Below are positions 13,037-24,574 of a stretch of 64,000 nt of DNA, piece by piece; position 1 is the stretch's first letter; each line of letters opens with the position of its first letter. Source of the stretch: Lama glama (Eukaryota). Position numbers and translations under genes: made by a program. The stretch is taken from positions 24,864,001 to 24,928,000 of the forward strand of contig CM052832.1 in NCBI GenBank assembly GCA_028534125.1. Reading direction: 5' to 3'. The notes beneath the pieces are model-generated. The model searched no databases, was not told where the DNA came from, and worked only from the letters and a program-made list of their open reading frames with translations.

Positions 13037-13685
13037 TGTTCTGGTTATCTTATTGCTGCATAACAAATCACTCCAGAACTTACAGCTTAAAACAACAACA
13101 ATCATGATCTCTCATCCTTTCTGTGGGCAGGGAATTTGGAAGTGGCTCAGCCAGGTGGTTCTGGCTTATTGCATCTTGTGAGGTTGCAGTCAGATGGCAG
13201 CTGGGCCTGGGGTCATCCTGGAGGCTCCCTCCCTCACATGTCTGGTCCCTGAGCTGGAAAGATGAGAGGGCTGACAGATGAGGACTGCGAATTCTTTGGT
13301 GTCTCTCTCTATGTAGAGGTAGCCCTACCCTTGGTGTCTCTCTCTATGTAGAGGTAGCCCTACCCACGTGGTTTCTTCAGCATGGCAGCTTCAAGGTAGT
13401 CAGACTTCTTTCATAATGGCTCAAGGTTCCAAAGGCATATGTTCCAAGAAAGAACCAGGTAGAAGCTCGGAAGCTTTGTTGCCTTTATGACTTAGACTGC
13501 TAAGTAGTAGATGCCACAGAGCATCGCTTCCCCTGGACTCTGTTAGGCAAGACAGCCAACAGAAGCTACTGAAGTTCCAGGGCAGTGGGGACAGACTCCA
13601 CCTCTTGATGGGAGAGTGATTCTAAAGGAACATGTGGGGCTGGAAATACTGTTGCAGCCATTTTGGGGAAATGCAATCCATCACA
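13037..13685 (-). mobile_element. MaLR solo LTR (MLT1E/F/G-type)
   Basis: TATTGCTGCATAACAAATCACTCC...GCTTAAAACAACAAC; ends CCATCACA; exact 5-bp TSD GTGAT 13032-13036 / 13686-13690. Confidence 0.88.
13296..13365. repeat. Perfect 35-bp tandem duplication
   Basis: TTGGTGTCTCTCTCTATGTAGAGGTAGCCCTACCC x2. Confidence 0.97.
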
Positions 13686-14227
13686 GTGATGGTTGTGATC
13701 ATAATGATCATATTGCTTTTCATTAGTCTTGAATTTTTAAAAATCAACCTATGGATACAATGTGGAAGGCAACCATAATATAGAACACAATGTAAACATT
13801 ATAAACCCTGAAAATGTAAGCAAAATGATATTACTGGCATCAGTGTGTAGAAGACTGGGAGAGAAATACGGATGTAATGATCCTCTCTAGCCTCTTAATC
13901 CTTTTTTTCAGCAAGTGTTAGCTGAATGTCTAATGTGAGTGAAGGACCTTTCTAGGTGACTTATTTTACATAGGAATGAGTAGATTCTAAATTTGATCAC
14001 AAAATAGAAGTTTTAAGTGTATGTAAAATTTTAAGACAAAAACTAGAACAATTATAACGCAAATTGTGAGGTAGAGGAAGAGCATTGGAGACAGCACAGG
14101 TGGGCTAAAATTTTCATCTTTCATTATGAGTCAAAAATACTACCTTTAACTAAAGTGAACAGTGAAACAACTTTGAGCAAAGGTGGTCAATACGTGGGTG
14201 AAAAAACTTCATCATACTTATCAAGGA

Positions 14228-15560
14228 AAAAGACAACCAAAGAGAAAAATAGATGAGAGATTTGAACAGACACTTCACAAAAGGGAATAACTAAATGTCC
14301 AATAAATACATGAAAAGGAGCTCAACCGCATTAGTTATCAGTGAAATGCAGGTTAAACCCAAAGTGCAATACCTGACACAGCCAACAGAATTGCTAAAAT
14401 TTGGAAGACTGACAACCCCAAGGCCAACACCAAAGTTGGCCTGAGTGTGGAACCAGGGGAGTGCTTACGCTCGACTGGTGGAGAGCTAGCATGATCACTT
14501 TTGGAAAACTGTTGGCCAGTATCTACTAAAGGTGAATACATGCTTACCTTTTAACCTAGCAGTTCTCTTCCTAGACATGTAGCTAAGAGAAATGAGTGCA
14601 CATGTGCACCAAAAGACACGTTCAAAAATGTTCAGTGATATTATGAATAAGAGCTCTGGATTAGTCAGGGTTCCCCAGAGAACCAACAGGCTGTATCTAT
14701 AAAGAGATTTTACTGTAAAGAATTAGCTCACGTGGCTATGGGGGTTGGCAAGTCCCAAGATCTGCAGGCTGGAGACCCAGGACAGCTGATGATGTAATTC
14801 TGGTCCAAACGCTGACAGGCTTGAGATCCAGGAAGAGCTGACGTTTCAGTTTGAGTCTGAAGGCAGGAAAAAGCTTGATGTCCCAGTTTGAAGGTAGTCA
14901 GGCAGGAGAAATTCTCTCTTACTCAGGGGAGGGTCAGCCTTTTTGTTCTATTCAGGCCTTAAATTGTTTGGACTGGGTCCATACATGTTAGGAGGGCAAT
15001 CTGTAGACTCAGTCGACAGCTTTAAATCTTAATTTCATCCAAAAACATCCTCACAGAAATATCCAAAATGTTTGCCCAAGTATCTGGGCCTCTTGAAGCC
15101 CAGTCAAAAATGACATACAAAATTAACCATCCCAAGCCCAAAACTGGAAACAACCAAACTATCTATCAGTAGTAGGACGGCTTACTTGTGAGATGAACAC
15201 ACAAATAGTGGATGTCATTAGCTGTACATGATGATACAAATGCATCTCACGAACATTAATGTTGAATGAAGAAGTCAGACAGACAGGAATTCATATAGTG
15301 TGGCTCCATTTACATAAAGTACAACATAGAAAAAAATCATCTCTAGTGTTAGAAGTCAGAGCATGGTTGTGTTTGAGGAGGAAGAGGGGACAGCAATTGG
15401 GAGGGGTGATTTCTGGGTTGCTGTAATGTTTTTCACCTTGATCTTCATGGTTGTTCAGTGGGGTGTTTGCTTTGTTATAATTCACTGAGTTGTACACTTA
15501 GGACATTTTTCTGTATGGGTTATACTTCCAAAAAGAAACATTAGAAAAAACTTTAATAAA
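14228..15560 (+). mobile_element. Old L1 (L1M-type) ORF2 end/3'UTR, interrupted by MLT2
   Basis: GATTTGAACAGACACTTCACAAAAG...ACATGAAAAGGAGCTCAAC; resumes AAAACTGGAAACAACCAAA after the LTR. Confidence 0.8.
14657..15134 (-). mobile_element. ERVL solo LTR (MLT2-type)
   Basis: ATTAGTCAGGGTTCCCCAGAGAAC...GCAAGTCCCAAGATCTGCAG...AAAATTAACCATC; TSD AGCTC 14652-14656 / AGCCC 15135-15139. Confidence 0.88.
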
Positions 15561-15599
15561 AGAGAATGAATGGGGAGCTGTTTGAATCTTCCAAAACAC

Positions 15600-16471
15600 A
15601 GAAGCAAATATTACTTTCCTAATTTAAAAAATAATCAGAAAAGGAAATCCTCATCAAGTCAGTATCATGGCAATTTTGCAACATGCAACTCAAAATAAGC
15701 AAAACTATTCTTTGGTTAAATTTGTTTTCAATAAAATAGTTATTTAAAAGATTCATTATGATAAACACTCAGAAAGCACGAAAATTTTTAAGTGAATAAT
15801 GAATCATTTACGAAAGTCTTACTGCTTTGCATAAACTCATTAACAAGTGATAGTAAAAAGATTACAAGTAACGAGGAATTTGCTGAAACACTTATTATAA
15901 AATAAAGTAGCACTTATTATAAAATAAAGCTTTACTAAAATATGATCTTTCATTGTTGTTCTATCTATGGCAAATATTCTTTCTCCAAATTAAACCGAAT
16001 TAGAAACTACAAAAGGAAACTTTGGGGTAATAATATTTGACAGAATTAACTGTTGTCAGCAGATGCATTCAGGCTGCAAAACTATTGGAAAATGCAGTTA
16101 AACCAGTTATGTAGATTACAATGAACACCACTTCAATTTTTAAAAAGTAGGATGTGTTTATTTGAACTAAATATCATCTTTGCTTCTTGTGTTATTGTAT
16201 TTTGTTTTGGGCCTTTAAAGTTTTAAAGATATTTAGTGTTAGAAATATTATTTTAGCTTATCAAAATATTTTTTAAAAGACTGGAAGGAAAAAGGAAATG
16301 AGCAAAACAAGCTTGTGAATATATGTGATTCATTTAAAAACTTTTGAAATGAAAGGAAAGGCACTATGCAGACAAAATTAATTTTTGTTTTTGTTACTTA
16401 TTATAAATATTTTATATCAGAATTAATGGACAGGAAAGCATGTAAAAAGAAATTTAAAAACAGGAATAGGG
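15600..16471 (+). mobile_element. Probable piggyBac-family DNA transposon fossil (Looper/MER75-like)
   Basis: End AAACAGGAATAGGG (16458-16471) resembles the MER75-type terminus AAACGGGAAAAGGG; frameshifted KPVxVDYNE at 16100-16125 resembles the piggyBac transposase motif; left boundary approximate. Confidence 0.5.
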
Positions 16472-16482
16472 TATTAGAACCT

Positions 16483-17149
16483 TCTTTTTTTTACATTTTT
16501 TTTNNNNNNNNNNNNNNNNNNNNNNNNNNNNNNNNNNNNNNNNNNNNNNNNNNNNNNNNNNNNNNNNNNNNNNNNNNNNNNNNNNNNNNNNNNNNNNNNN
16601 NNNNNNNNNNNNNNNNNNNNNNNNNNNNNNNNNNNNNNNNNNNNNNNNNNNNNNNNNNNNNNNNNNNNNNNNNNNNNNNNNNNNNNNNNNNNNNNNNNNN
16701 NNNNNNNNNNNNNNNNNNNNNNNNNNNNNNNNNNNNNNNNNNNNNNNNNNNNNNNNNNNNNNNNNNNNNNNNNNNNNNNNNNNNNNNNNNNNNNNNNNNN
16801 NNNNNNNNNNNNNNNNNNNNNNNNNNNNNNNNNNNNNNNNNNNNNNNNNNNNNNNNNNNNNNNNNNNNNNNNNNNNNNNNNNNNNNNNNNNNNNNNNNNN
16901 NNNNNNNNNNNNNNNNNNNNNNNNNNNNNNNNNNNNNNNNNNNNNNNNNNNNNNNNNNNNNNNNNNNNNNNNNNNNNNNNNNNNNNNNNNNNNNNNNNNN
17001 NNNGTAAGTCTATTCCTAGTCTTTTAAGGAATCTCCATACTATTTTCCACAGTGGCTGCACCAAACTGCATTCCCACCAGCAGTGTAGGAGGGTTCCTTT
17101 TTCTCCACAGCCTCTCCAGCATTTGTCATTTGTGGACTTTTGAATGACG
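16483..17149 (-). mobile_element. Young L1 3' portion spanning the assembly gap
   Basis: Left flank poly-T/TTACATTTTT tail; right flank ORF2 remnant [19 protein letters not shown] on the minus strand. Confidence 0.8.
16504..17003. other. Assembly gap (500 N)
   Basis: Run of N. Confidence 1.
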
Positions 17150-17290
17150 TATGCCTCAGTTTTCTAATCTGAAAACAGGATGATCATTCTACCCACCTCA
17201 TGGGGTAGTGGTGAGGAGTAAATGAGAGGATGCCTAGAAACTGCTCACAGCAGAGCTCAGAACATAGACATGTCCCATAAGTGTCAATAA
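17150..17290 (+). mobile_element. MIR 3' half
   Basis: TGCCTCAGTTTTCTAATCTG...CCTCATGGGGTAGTGGTGAGGAGTAAATGAG. Confidence 0.7.
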
Positions 17291-18419
17291 GAGGGAGTTG
17301 GCTTATTCAGAATAATATAAAGAAGGACCTAGATCATGGAAAATCTCGAAGGCTGTGGAAAGAATAATGAGGAATATTGAAAGTAGTTGTAGGAAGCAAG
17401 GTTTTTCCTAGCAAGGAACGGTGCAGAAGTGTCACCCATAGGTCCCCCTGGCTAGTACACAGAATGTCATCTGTGCACAGCAAACCCATAATCTTTCTCC
17501 TTCTTTGGACATCCCTATTTCCACTGATCACACTACTTGTAATGCACATAAAACAGTGCCTGGTACACAGAAAGTCGTCGATACAAGTCAGTGGCTATTG
17601 TGGTGGTGGTGGTTGCTTTTATTATTAACATAATCCCTATTCTGGATATGAAATAACACTTGACAGCAAAGAGGGGATTAGGTGATGGCGTGAAAGTGCT
17701 TTGCAAACTAGAACACATTTTACAAAACTAAGGTATTATTATCCCTGTGCCCTCAATGAAAGTGATTAATTACACAAGTGTTTGTGAGGTGCAAACTGCA
17801 GGCTCTATTTTGTGTAGAAGGAACTGGTGATGTTACCTTACCTGAACTTTGATTCTGACAGACTCTCCTGCCAGCTACCCAAGAATGACTGGCAGCAGCC
17901 TTCCTCAAGGCTGAGAGAGTTTAACCTGCATGGGGTTCCTGACAACAGTAGAGATCCCAACAATTAACCATTGTAATGTTCACTGAATCAGGCAGTTGAC
18001 ATGGCCCTGTTCTCAACAGCCTGTTTAAATATTTGGAAAGGAGAACAATGAAGCCTGAACAGTGCGAGGACAGTCTTGTTTCCCATCAGTGCGATGTAAT
18101 GAAAGCCTGGTGCAGGGGGGCCCTAGCAGGCCAGCCTCCTTGAGCCCCCAGCCCGGGCCCTTCCCCCAGGCACGGGCCACCTCCAGCTCAGCTTTGTGCC
18201 AAGCAGACACTTGACACTGTGCCAGACGCTATCTAGGCAGCTCCTTAAGCTGAGTAATGAGACTTGGTTTATTGGGAGCCTTTAATTACAAGCCTCATGT
18301 ACAAACACATTTCTCTCTTGAGACGTTCACGCAGGCTCAGCCTTTGTTCACCCGGCAAAGCAATCTGCCCTTCCTCCTAGTGGAGAAGACGTGGCTCCAG
18401 GCTGAGATTTCTCTCTGGT

Positions 18420-20170
18420 GAAACTGGTCCTGCTCCAGCCATGATCCACCCTCATTCTTGCTCCCTGTCTTCCTCTGTTAAAGCCATCTCTCCCCCTGCT
18501 CCCCTTCCCCTGTCTAAAACTATCCCACCATCAGGATCCCATCCCCTTCTATGTTTTCACAGCTATTAAAGCACAGAATTATCTCCTCTCCTTTGTCTTC
18601 CCTCTCCCCCAAGTCTCTCCTAACTTCATCTCATCACCATCAAACATGTGCTTCTTTCTCCAATATGATTTATTGTTTAGACGAAATACGTATCACAGTT
18701 TCACATGACATCTCACTAATGCTTCATCATGGAAGGCGGTTGACTTGACTAAAGATTAAAACAAAACAAAACAAAACTCTCCCTCCTTTGATCCTGCACC
18801 ACCTCTAGGGATGGTCAACCCTCCTTAAAAGTCTGCTACTCCCACAGTATCTATTTCTTTCTCTCCCTCATTACGAAATCCTTTTAATTTGAACCCTATT
18901 CCCAACACTGTAGTCACACTCTTGCCAGGGTTGCCAAAGACCAGATTCAATAGGCATGTCAGCCCTCATCTTTCCTGACCTCCTGGCAGCATCTGTGATA
19001 CTAACACCTCCTGGTTTTCCTCCTACCTTTTGCCCGTCTTCCTCCATTGGCCAATTACATGTCTAACCATCTCTTAAAAATGGATATTTCCAAAGGTTCT
19101 ATCCTAAGCCATCCTTTCTTCTCACCTTTCAAGTTCTTTCTTGGCAGTATCTCCCTGGGTGCTTTCATCCATTACAATCCGTATGCCAACAGCTCAGAAA
19201 CACCAGTCCAGTCCTCTCTCTTAAACTACAGGCCCGTGTGTCAGAGTGTCATCCACGTATTTACATCTGGATGTCTTGCAGGTTCTACAAACTCACTGCT
19301 TCTATAACTATTAAGTTTTTGTTGCTGATAACAGGAGTCATTCTAGACATTTTAAGCAGGAAGGGGCTTCTACAGGGAACTGCATGCTTAAAAATTGTTG
19401 GAAAGACTGGGGAAAGCTCTAGGCGGGGTGTCCAGGAATGACACTCAGAATAATACTGCAGAATTAACCCTCTAGGAGAAGTCCTATCTTTGCCATAGCA
19501 AGAAGCTGAGGAATTGGAAGCCTGCTGTCCCAAATACAAGCTTAGCTCTGATGCATCTGTCAGGCAGCTGTGGCCAAAGTCACTCGATTCAGAGGCTCTT
19601 ACAGCTGTTAGATTTGAATCAGCCAGATGGATGCTTCAGGCTCTGTAGCCTCTGTTCTGAATTCAAGACTCACGTGAGTGTAGCTGATTGATGGACTTAA
19701 ACCACATTCAAAGCCTTAATCATAAGGGAGTGTGGAGAATGTCTAGACTCTGGAGCACAGCATGGGCCACTTAGAAGGAGCACAGAAAAGAGATCAAGTG
19801 ACTGCATACCTCATGACAAAGAACTTTCTCTCCTGAGGCCCTGTATTTCTGTAAATTTCACTCCCTCTACCCAGTTGGTCAAGTCTGAAACTGGGAGTAA
19901 TACCCCTGTCCCATTCTCCCCTGATCCCTATCCAATTCATGCCAGTTGTAGCCCCCAAATAACTTTCAATTCCATCTACTGCTCCCTCTCCCAGGCATCC
20001 ATCATCTCTCACCTGAACTACTGCCACAGCATCTAACCCCTGACCAGTCTTTCTTAGCATCCATCTCTGTCATTTTCTAATGCGTTCTCCACAACACAGC
20101 CAGAGAGATCTTAGTGAAATATAAATACAAGCATGACGCTTTTCTATTTAAAACCTCAATGGCTCATTTA
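18420..20170 (+). mobile_element. L2 body fragments, interrupted at ~19295-19805
   Basis: CCTGACCTCCTGGCAGCATCTG, CTCCTGGTTTTCCTCCTACC, ACATCTGGATGTC, CATCATCTCTCACCTGAACTACTGC. Confidence 0.75.
19295..19805 (-). mobile_element. Old MaLR-like LTR nested in L2
   Basis: TTTGTTGCTGATAACAGG...TTAAGCAGGAAGGG; CTGATTG...AAGGGAGTGTGGAGAATG resembles old MLT1 subfamilies. Confidence 0.45.
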
Positions 20171-20799
20171 ATGTATGTCGTCTGCTGTAGTTGGTCATCT
20201 CCATGAAGGCAAGTACTGGGTCTCACTCACTGCCAATGAACCCCAAAACCTTGCCCCGTGCTCAGCTCATGTGATGATGGCAAAAGATTTTGCTCTTCCT
20301 CCAGGCCCACAATCCCATCCTCTCGTGGTAATTAGCAAGGTTTCTTTCTGCCTAGCCATAAGCGAGAACTCAGCTAGAAAAGCACAGCATTGAACAATAC
20401 AAGTCAATTAGTAATTAGTCAATTAGCAGTGCTAGCAATAGGAGCATCCTTGCTGTTTGAAGTCAGTTTCTCAAGAAAATGTTGCCTCTTAGCAATGCAT
20501 GGGCATGCAGAAATGCCTTGCCAGTGCCCACAGAGTGGCAGTGACAGAACTGGGTTAGAACCCAGACCAGCTCTAAATTTCACCCTTCAAATCCCCTCTC
20601 TCAAACCTCCTTGCCTTGGCCCGGCCTTGGCTCCTGTTTGCAGCTGACATCTTCCCCCAAATGAGACTCTCCTAAGCATGGAAAGACCCATGAGGCCCTG
20701 CATTCCAGAGTCCTTGGGGACCTGTTCTAACTTTCTGCAGCTCAGCTTTGATGTTTTTAAATTACCAACGGTTTTGAGCATTATCATATGCAAAAGATA

Positions 20800-21020
20800 G
20801 TATTAACTATTTTCTTCATATAAAGAGAAATGAGAAGAACTTGCTCCCAAAGGAGTTCGTGAGCTAGTGGAGGAGACAGGCAGGCACACAAATAGCACAG
20901 AGGCATGAACGAGGTTAGAAGGACAACAGGAAGGGCCACTGCTGTGGAAGGAGCCCAGCCCGACACTGGCTCTCTCGTGCCAGAATGGAGGGTGTCACAG
21001 AGACTCCCAGGTAGGGGGTT
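20800..21020 (-). mobile_element. L2 fragment
   Basis: CCCAAAGGAGTTCGTGAGCTAGTGGAGGAGACAGGCAG. Confidence 0.5.
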
Positions 21021-21282
21021 TGGGGACGGGCTGCTTTTCAGTCCACCCTGTGCACCGAGGAGCCAGAGCATTCTGGGATCACTGGGGACCTCCGTCTATG
21101 GCTCTGAGCTTCAAGGACACCAGGGTCGCAGAGCAGTGCCATTTGGCAGATGGCAGAAGCTGCCTTGGGGAAAGAGAAAGGCTGGCTCTGCTGCCAGGCC
21201 AGAGAGAGAAAATATTTTCTCAGAGTTAGAGACAGGGAGGAGAGCCCTTTTCTGTTTAGAGGCAGCAGACTGACCCAATAGT

Positions 21283-21470
21283 CTAGTACTACTTGATCAT
21301 TTTGTAGGTCACACACCCTTTCAACACAGAATGAGTGCTGGGATCCCATGCCTCAGAAAAAAAAAATTGAGCTCATATGATATGTTGCACAGATTCTGTG
21401 GTTTCTTAGAATCTTTGGAAGCCATCTGTGGATTCCCAATGGGTTCCTAAACCCTTGGTTAAAAATCCCT
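21283..21470. mobile_element. hAT-Charlie-like MITE
   Basis: GGTCACACACCCTTT...GAAGCCATCTGTGGA...CCCTTGGTTAAAAATCCCT. Confidence 0.45.
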
Positions 21471-22492
21471 CGTGGTGGTTTTTTAGAAATGGCTGCAAAT
21501 TCTTCACTACTCTTCCCATCTGGAGGTAAGGTCTATGTCCTTCCCTTGAATCTGGGAAAGCTTTGACTGCTTCTACCAATAAAGCATGGCTTCCAAAGCT
21601 AGTTCATAAAAGGCCGTGCAGTTTCTACCTGGTTCACTGAGGATGCTCAGTTTGGGGATGCACCCTTTCAGAACCCTGCTCCACACCACGTGGTCAGGCC
21701 ATGTGCAGGTGCTGTGGTGGACAGTCCTAGGTAAGCCTGGCTATTAAAGGTTGAATTGTCTCCTCCAAAGGATGTCGAAGTCCTAATCCCCCAGTACTGG
21801 TGAGTGTGCCTTTATTTGGAAATAGAGTCTTGGTGGATGATCCAGTTAAGACGAGGTCAGTGGCAGGGTGGTGGTAACCCAGTATGGCCCATGTTCATGT
21901 AAACAGTGGGAATTTGGACATGGAGATAGACAGGTGAGCAGGAGTGAATATGAAAGCTTGTAAATGTGAAAGCAGAGGTCGATGCAGTACACATACAATC
22001 CAAGAAAGGCCAAAGATGGCCAGGGAACCACCAGAAATGGGGAAAGAGGCATGAAACAGATAATCCCTCACAGCCTCAGAAGGAACCAGCCCTGCCAACA
22101 CCTTGATCTTGGATCTCCAGCCTCCAGGACCGTGAGACAATAAATTTCTGTTGTTTAAGTCGCCCAATTTGTGGAGCCTTTTAATGGCAGCCTCAGGAAA
22201 CTAATACAGCATCCTTGGAGTCATCCCTCCCGATGCTCCAGGTAGGAAGGAAAGGAGCCACCTCAAAAGTGGGTCCTCCAGCCCTCAGTTATTCAAGTCG
22301 CCTGCAGCCATTCTGGGCTCCCCAGCGGAGGCCGCAGACGTTGGAGGATAGAGACATGCTATTGCTACTGCGTCCTGATTGAGTTTCTGACCCACAGAAT
22401 TCATGAGCATAACAAAACGGTTGTTGTTTGAGGCCGCTGAGGGGATGTTTGTAATGAGGTTGTTTGCAATGAGGCACTGACTAACTGGAACG
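21471..22492 (+). mobile_element. MaLR LTR (MLT1G/H-type) hosting a nested MLT1
   Basis: AAATGGCTGCAAATTCTT...CCCTTGAATCTGGG; 3' part TTTCTGACCCACAGAATTCATGAGCATAAC...TAACTGGAAC. Confidence 0.8.
21742..22208 (+). mobile_element. MaLR solo LTR (MLT1A/B/C-type), nested
   Basis: GGTTGAATTGTCTCC...TTATTTGGAAATAGAGTC...GAAGGAACCAGCCCTGCCAACACCTTGATCTTGG...AAACTAATACA. Confidence 0.88.
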
Positions 22493-22659
22493 CTGCCTAA
22501 AACTCTCCTGACCTCGGACCACTCTAAATCGTGTCCTCTCTCTTCTTTGTCTGCAAAGGGAGCTCGCTTGATGAACTAATTGAGCTAAATGTCCATGGTA
22601 ATGGCATCATAGAACCTGTGAATTAGAAGGAAGCTTGATATTCACATTTAGGGAAAAAC

Positions 22660-22980
22660 AAATTACCCATGGTCCCAACTTCATACAAACCAAACAGCTT
22701 TCGTTTCCCCTTGCAATCCTTTGTGCATACGTAATTTGCAGATAGTTTATTCAAGATTCATTCAACATCATTATAATCAGGGTAGACACAATTTTCCAGC
22801 CTGCTTTATTCAGCTCGCAATTTGTATAGCACTTTCCATGTTGCTAAATAGTCTTTATTATTTTAATTGGCTGCAAAGAATTTTGTAAGTGATTGTACCA
22901 TAATTTACTCAATCATTGTCCTTTGGACCAGCATAAAAACTTTGATGTGAATCTTCTTTAATTGCAATACTTTAATTATT
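22660..22980 (-). mobile_element. Ancient L1 (L1ME-type) fragment
   Basis: TTTAATTGGCTGCA...GTACCATAATTTACTCAATC. Confidence 0.5.
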
Positions 22981-22989
22981 GTTCTAAAT

Positions 22990-23319
22990 TGGGGTTGGCA
23001 AACTATGGCCTGGGAGCCAAATCCACCCACCCCGTGTTTGTACTGACTGCAGATAATGATAGCTTTTAAAGGTTTAAATGGCTGGAAAAAATGTTTTAGA
23101 AGGATAGTATTTCATGACACTTGTAAATGACATGAAGTTCAAAATTCAGTGTCCATCAGTAAAGTTTGCTGGAACACAACCACACCCATCCATCGACACA
23201 TGGCCTGTGGCTGCTTTCATAATACAACAGCAGAGCTGAGTAGTTGAGTCAGACTGTGTGGCACACAAAGCCTAAAATTTTACTATCTGGCCTTTACAGA
23301 AAACATCTGCAGACCCCTG
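22990..23319. mobile_element. hAT-Charlie MITE (MER58B-like)
   Basis: TIRs GGGGTTGGCAAAC / GCAGACCCCTG; degenerate 8-bp TSD TTCTAAAT / TTCCAAAC. Confidence 0.85.
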
Positions 23320-23429
23320 TTCCAAACATACAAGTCATCCCCTTCACCTCCCTCAGCATTCACATCTATCATCTTTTTTTTTTTACTCTGTCAAGGGTCT
23401 CTTTTGCTCAACTTTCCAACTATCATTAT

Positions 23430-23780
23430 TTATTTATTCAACAGTGGTTTGTTAAACACCTGCTCTTTGCTAAGTACCTGCCCTTGCCAGACGTCGTGGG
23501 GAATATAAAGCTAAATAAGGCAAAATCCTTGCTTTCAAGGAGTTTACAGTCTAAAGAGACATTCAAGACGGAGATGCACGTAGCAGTATTACAGCTTTGA
23601 AAGTCTTGTGAGGCACTAGAGAGGCACACCAGAAATGCTATGGGGTCCAGATGTGGGATAATTTCTAACAGCTGGGAATGTGACATGTGAGCTTTGGAGA
23701 AGCAAAGGAAATGGCAGCCTCGGGAGAAAAACAACTGCAGCAATGGAGTCTGTTAGCATATGTGTGGGGGGCAACGTGAC
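23430..23780 (-). mobile_element. L2 3' fragment
   Basis: ATTTATTCAACAG...TTAAACACCTGC...TTCAAGGAGTTTACAGTCTA. Confidence 0.7.
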
Positions 23781-24574
23781 TGCAGGAGAGATGATTTAAG
23801 AAGCCACAGTGCGGGGTCAGATGGAAGGAGGGAGATGTGGAAGAAGAGGAGGGGGTTGAGGTAGAGAAGAAAAGGGAGGAGGAGGACAGGAAGGACGAGG
23901 TTGGGGACAAACTAAGACACTTGTGGAGGGAGACAACAGGCTACAAATCCAACAAAAAAGAAAGCCTCTCTAAATCTTCAAGTTTGCAGTCACCAATACT
24001 TTTATTTCCCTTTGGCCAAGGGCAGGGAAGACAGATAAATTTTTAAACTTATTCTACCAAACCAAAGAACCCATGCTCTATAGAACTTCAGGGGATAGAG
24101 ATGCCAATTAGGTACCCTGGAGAGGTACTTATGCTGCACGTCTTTGAGGTGAGCTATTACATTCCATAAGAAACGAGATTAAATGTAAGAAGTCCGGATG
24201 TTTCCAAGAAGGCTTCTTATACACATCCTAGCATGAATACTGCTGGGGTGACCAAACGCAGAACAGGATGATTACAAATACACGTTTTCTCACAAAGATC
24301 TACTTTCAGAAGAGCGGGCAGGGTTTTATTCTTATGTTTTCAGTCTTCGTATCTAGCTAACTAGCTGTTCCAAGTGACCTTACTCTTTGGAATGTCATCT
24401 TCTTTCTGCATGAATATCCCTTTCCCCTTCTTTATCCTCTTTTTTTTCCCCCTCTTTTTACTAATCAGAAGGGCTTTTGACATCAAGGCTACAGAGAGGA
24501 TTCCTAATGCTAAGCCTGAAATGGAAATATTAGGCCTAAAGAAATCTAACGCCAATAAATATTAAGCTTCAGCA

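Larger units (their letters stand above)
9775..14150 (+). mobile_element. HAL1-like (half-L1, ORF1-type) ancient LINE, fragmented by later insertions
   Basis: 5'-like CCTTTCTCCCAAGATCCTATTGAAATG; ORF1-like AAAGGATCACCAGGCATTCGAGGAAA and GCAACACTGAAAGCTAGAAGAC...CAATCAAGCGCGAGGGC; hosts two younger L1s and an MLT1. Confidence 0.6.

Noticed and set aside
16366..17064. Longest ORFs (213 aa and 196 aa)
   Set aside because: Artefacts of translating the N gap; the real residues are AT-rich noise or an L1 ORF2 remnant.
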